Origin: a virus
Length of the DNA stretch: 64,000 bases
Reading direction: 5' to 3' (one strand)
Virus record (IMG/VR): IMGVR_UViG_3300045988_100160
Coordinates: 804-64,803 of that record
Shown here one piece after another: positions 61,168-64,000 of this stretch. Each line of letters begins with the position of its first letter. The stretch's first letter is position 1. Below the pieces are notes generated by a model, which was not told the origin of the DNA, made no database searches, and worked only from the letters and a program-made list of their open reading frames with translations. The translations under genes were made by a program, and so were the position numbers.

Positions 61168-62150
61168 ATTTTTCATAAAATTGGATAAATATTTTATTTT
61201 ACAAGCTAAAATTTACCCCTCAAAAATGCCACTCCGCCCAGTAAACATCTGCGTTTTGAGACTTGAAAAAATTTTTTAGCTTTTATGAGTAAAAAATGCC
61301 ACATAAGTCTTAAATCGGTAAAATCCGATACATGATTTTTAACTCACGCCACACTAGGTTGGTGTCACTACACTAGGCTTACGACAGTATAATTCTTGGG
61401 TTGGACACAATTTGACCCACGTGGGATAAAATCGAACGAATGTACGTTGGAAAACACAACCATAGTATTATGACGAGTTTTCGCCAACGCCATCCTAGGG
61501 TCGTGATTTTTGGTGGAAAATATTTTGGCTTCGGCTGCAAGTTAGTCTGACTAAAAATAAAGCAATCACCATACTAGTATGGTGATTAACTATGTTGAAA
61601 AAGATTGTCTATACGATACACAATCCTAGTAGGATGCAACCCTAGTACCATGTCACAAACTTATAATAACGCTATACTAGGAAAACATATATCAGAAAAC
61701 ATAATCATCATACTAGGGTTTACGTTTTATAGAAATTACATAAGTTACCCTGTGTGCAACTATAAAAATTTCTACAAAAATTTTAAACGATTGTATTTTC
61801 GATAGACAACCCTAATTGGAAAATACGATTGTTCCATATGATGTTTCATATCTTAGACAATCAATAAGAACGATTGTTTTCTCGATAGTTTTTGCGATTG
61901 CTTTCTACATATGTCATATGTTCGTATGTATGAAACCATAGATAAAACAAGGGTTTGTAGACCATTGTATGTTATGGGGTATGGAACATTTGTATGTGCG
62001 TGACAAGTTTGTTCATATGTGTTGACTGTGGTATGGTCTTTTGTATGGTCTTGGGTTTGTTATGATTATACCGCCCCCAGTTGAGAATGGTTCTCCCTTT
62101 TGGATATTGAAAATTTTCGATACGCCTAGGGGTGTCTCATTGGTTCATAT

Positions 62151-62162
62151 GAACACATGTTC
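62151..62162. promoter_or_regulatory. SOS-box-like palindrome GAACACATGTTC
   Basis: Perfect GAAC-N4-GTTC, in the context catatGAACACATGTTCacatatg. Confidence 0.5.
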
Positions 62163-62307
62163 ACATATGCACCATACTAGGGTTAGTCAATCAATCGAAT
62201 AGTATCAATGTAATAGAATATCCATTATCATTCATTCATTATCATTTGTATTCTCAATATGTAGATATCCTAGATAGACAAATGTCGATATATATGTTTG
62301 TACATAT

Positions 62308-62319
62308 GAACATTTGTTC
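62308..62319. promoter_or_regulatory. SOS-box-like palindrome GAACATTTGTTC
   Basis: Perfect GAAC-N4-GTTC. Confidence 0.5.
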
Positions 62320-62802
62320 ATGTGTCAGCTAATGGTTTACAGTTGGGTAACATATGAGCAGATACTCATGTATGCACCATATGCATTATACTCATGATTT
62401 TTAGTAATGTTTGTTATTGGTGTTTGGCTGGTGGTGGTTACAATTGTATTTTATAAAATGTATTTTGATTGGGTATATCAATAGGGTTTGAAAATTCTGT
62501 AGTACACATCAAACCCAAGTCCCCACCCTAGTAGCCTACATACGCACCACCACACACGCACAATAGACATATACATACGTCTATACATCTGTTACATACA
62601 TTAATTATACATATGTATAAACCAAATAAAAATACAACGGTATACATCAATCGTATATAACCGTTATATTTTGCGTTGTATGGTCTTTTGTTTTCGTTGC
62701 ATATGTTTATATTCGAAAGTCTTTAAACGCACCATATAACTCAAATAACGCAATTGTATTTTCTCATTTAGGTAAACATATTGAGAATACCAGCGTATAT
62801 AT

Positions 62803-62814
62803 GAATGGTTGTTC
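62803..62814. promoter_or_regulatory. SOS-box-like palindrome GAATGGTTGTTC
   Basis: One-mismatch core in the tatatGAAT..GTTCatatga context. Confidence 0.4.
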
Positions 62815-62834
62815 ATATGATAGATATAAATATA

Positions 62835-62861
62835 AGCGGTACAGAATTGATCTGTACCGCT
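62835..62861 (-). terminator. hairpin terminator after 62871..63194
   Basis: agcggtacaga-attga-tctgtaccgct. It corresponds positionally to the hairpin at 591-610. Confidence 0.65.
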
Positions 62862-62870
62862 TGTTATTGT

Positions 62871-63194
62871 TTATAGATTTAAGTTATTCGCTATTAGATT
62901 TTGGTAACAAATATATAATTCATGTTCAAGGAACGGCAACCATTTATATTTATCTGCTTTCTTTAAGGTTGACTCATATAAGTCTATAATTTCATTCATG
63001 ACATACACTCTATATTGTGGCGTGCGATCAAATTCAGTTTGTTTATATCGTGGCTCGTATGAGTTATATCTTGACTCTTCAACTAAAACTAATAATCTTT
63101 CTTTTTCTTTGGTTAGCTTGCCACTTTTGGCGTATGCTTGTAGTGTATCAAGGATAACGTATTTTGTGTATGATATTGAAATAGTAAAACTCAT
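62871..63194 (-). CDS. hypothetical protein (AT-rich)
   Basis: Track ORF followed by a terminator. Confidence 0.45.
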   Translation of the reverse strand: MSFTISISYTKYVILDTLQAYAKSGKLTKEKERLLVLVEESRYNSYEPRYKQTEFDRTPQYRVYVMNEIIDLYESTLKKADKYKWLPFLEHELYICYQNLIANNLNL

Positions 63195-63419
63195 CTTAAT
63201 AACTCCTTTTCTTAATACTCAATAAACACATCATCAAAAGATGCATCTTTTGATACATCATAGTGTTTGTTTACTCCGTTGTATGAATACAACGATTAAA
63301 GACAATAAAACTAAAGCCATATAGATGTGTTCTCCTTTCGATTAATAAATAACTATAGATATAACTCATCAAGATAATAATCTTATGTATATTATCTTTT
63401 GTTTTCATATGCTTTACCT

Positions 63420-63755
63420 CTAGCCGTAAAAGTCGATACATTTTGAATATTGTAAATTGTATTCTATAAATGCTCGTTGATTTTCTTTTTGTTCGCTCGT
63501 TCCGTACTCATCACGATCTTTACACCATTTTGGTTCTTGCCAATCAATGAATAGATTATCGTCATACCTAAATGTACGATAATACATAGAAATATAATCT
63601 AATTCGATAAAACTAGGTAACTCTGAACATAAACTATTCATATATTCATCTATATAATCATAGAAATTATCATAAATTGCATATTCTTGATTTTCTATAC
63701 CGTCAATAACATTACAAACGGCTTTATTTTCAATTAGTAAATCAACAATATGCAA
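63420..63755 (-). CDS. hypothetical acidic protein (start uncertain)
   Basis: Track ORF with a TTG start and no RBS. The frame stays open upstream to about 63880 without a canonical start codon. Confidence 0.4.
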   Translation of the reverse strand: MHIVDLLIENKAVCNVIDGIENQEYAIYDNFYDYIDEYMNSLCSELPSFIELDYISMYYRTFRYDDNLFIDWQEPKWCKDRDEYGTSEQKENQRAFIEYNLQYSKCIDFYG

Positions 63756-64000
63756 TTGTTCACTTGTAAAATTTTGTAAGCGTTCAAGATTTTCACAAAT
63801 ATATTCATTTTCATTTTTTAAAATTCTACCATATTTTAATAATTCTCTAAATTCTATATTTTTATACCTCTTTTCTATAAGTTATTTACAATATCTGTAA
63901 TTTGATAATATATATTATCATCAAATTTTATAAAATCCTCGTTACCCTCTATGAGTTCTAATGACTCTAAATAGTCGCAAAAATCATTATATGATATAAC

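Larger units (their letters stand above)
61340..62540. repeat. dispersed array of 10 or more copies of CAYMCTAGGGT-like motif
   Basis: Examples: ccacactaggtt, ctacactaggct, gccatcctagggtc, accatactagtatggt (a 24-bp perfect palindrome at 61564-61587), acaatcctagtagg, gcaaccctagtacc, gctatactagga, atcatactagggtt, caccatactagggtta, ccaccctagtagcc. Confidence 0.65.
60831..62870. repeat. 2-kb ORF-free repeat island C
   Basis: The only track ORFs here (61605..61805, 62801..62989) are implausible. The island contains late-element copy 2, the CTAGGGT array, SOS-box-like palindromes, an AAAATTTTCGA copy, and paralogy to island A. Confidence 0.75.

Noticed and set aside
1-64000. Alternative genetic code / stop-codon reassignment, suggested by the phage tRNAs and two in-frame stops
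   Set aside because: Very long uninterrupted standard-code ORFs (1658, 1279 and 1051 aa) and normal gene packing show that global recoding is not in use. Only the two local cases are kept as findings.

Overview
The window is essentially one tailed-phage or prophage genome segment, about 60 kb and roughly 40% GC by eye. It has siphovirus-type architecture: a 1658-aa tape measure, no sheath gene and a lambda-like tail tip. Almost every gene lies on the minus strand.

Gene order, reading right to left:
- Small and large terminase, portal, scaffold/protease and major capsid (59.9-54.2 kb).
- Head-tail joining genes, tail tube, and G/G-T chaperones with a -1 frameshift.
- Tape measure with an embedded tail-lysozyme domain (50.2-45.3 kb).
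- NlpC/P60, gpM-, gpL- and gpJ-like tip proteins, and a collagen-motif tail fiber (45.2-37.8 kb).
- Lysis cassette (37.7-35.7 kb).
- DnaE-type Pol III alpha on the plus strand (32.4-35.6 kb), then SSB and an iteron-rich ori-like gap (31.1-31.7 kb).
- Primase, a possible DNA-modification island, Dcm and a DnaB-like helicase (31.1-22.7 kb).
- A promoter- and terminator-bounded tRNA/structured-RNA island (21.1-22.65 kb).
- Cas4-like nuclease, dNMP-kinase-like protein, RusA, 3D-domain protein, dUTPase, a sigma-like protein and a metallophosphoesterase.
- A YadA-type trimeric autotransporter, a beta-class DNA methyltransferase and ThyX.
- About 25 small early genes (0.6-11 kb).

Only dnaE and a short cassette (a 176-aa tyrosine recombinase plus a membrane protein, 59.96-60.76 kb) are on the plus strand.

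The coding core is flanked and interrupted by three large ORF-free, repeat-dense islands (1-616, 1264-2601, 60831-62870). They carry arrays of SOS-box-like palindromes (GAAY-N4-GTTC), AAAGTTTTCGA iterons and a CAYMCTAGGGT motif. I rank these islands as the most unusual feature.

Other items worth a second look:
- Aberrant tRNA-like and structured RNAs beside 4 canonical tRNAs.
- An in-frame TAA inside a conserved Dcm-like gene, and an in-frame TAG joining two ORFs.
- A 38-nt late-promoter-like element present three times.
- Two almost fully overlapping same-strand ORFs in the lysis cassette.
- A phage-borne YadA-like adhesin.

The YadA beta-barrel anchor, strong AGGAGG-type RBSs and the 3D domain suggest a diderm Firmicute host (Negativicutes such as Veillonella). 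This is inference only.

All calls come from reading the sequence and ORF track and from remembered family motifs. No database search or folding program was run, and motif scans were done by eye, so copies elsewhere may have been missed.
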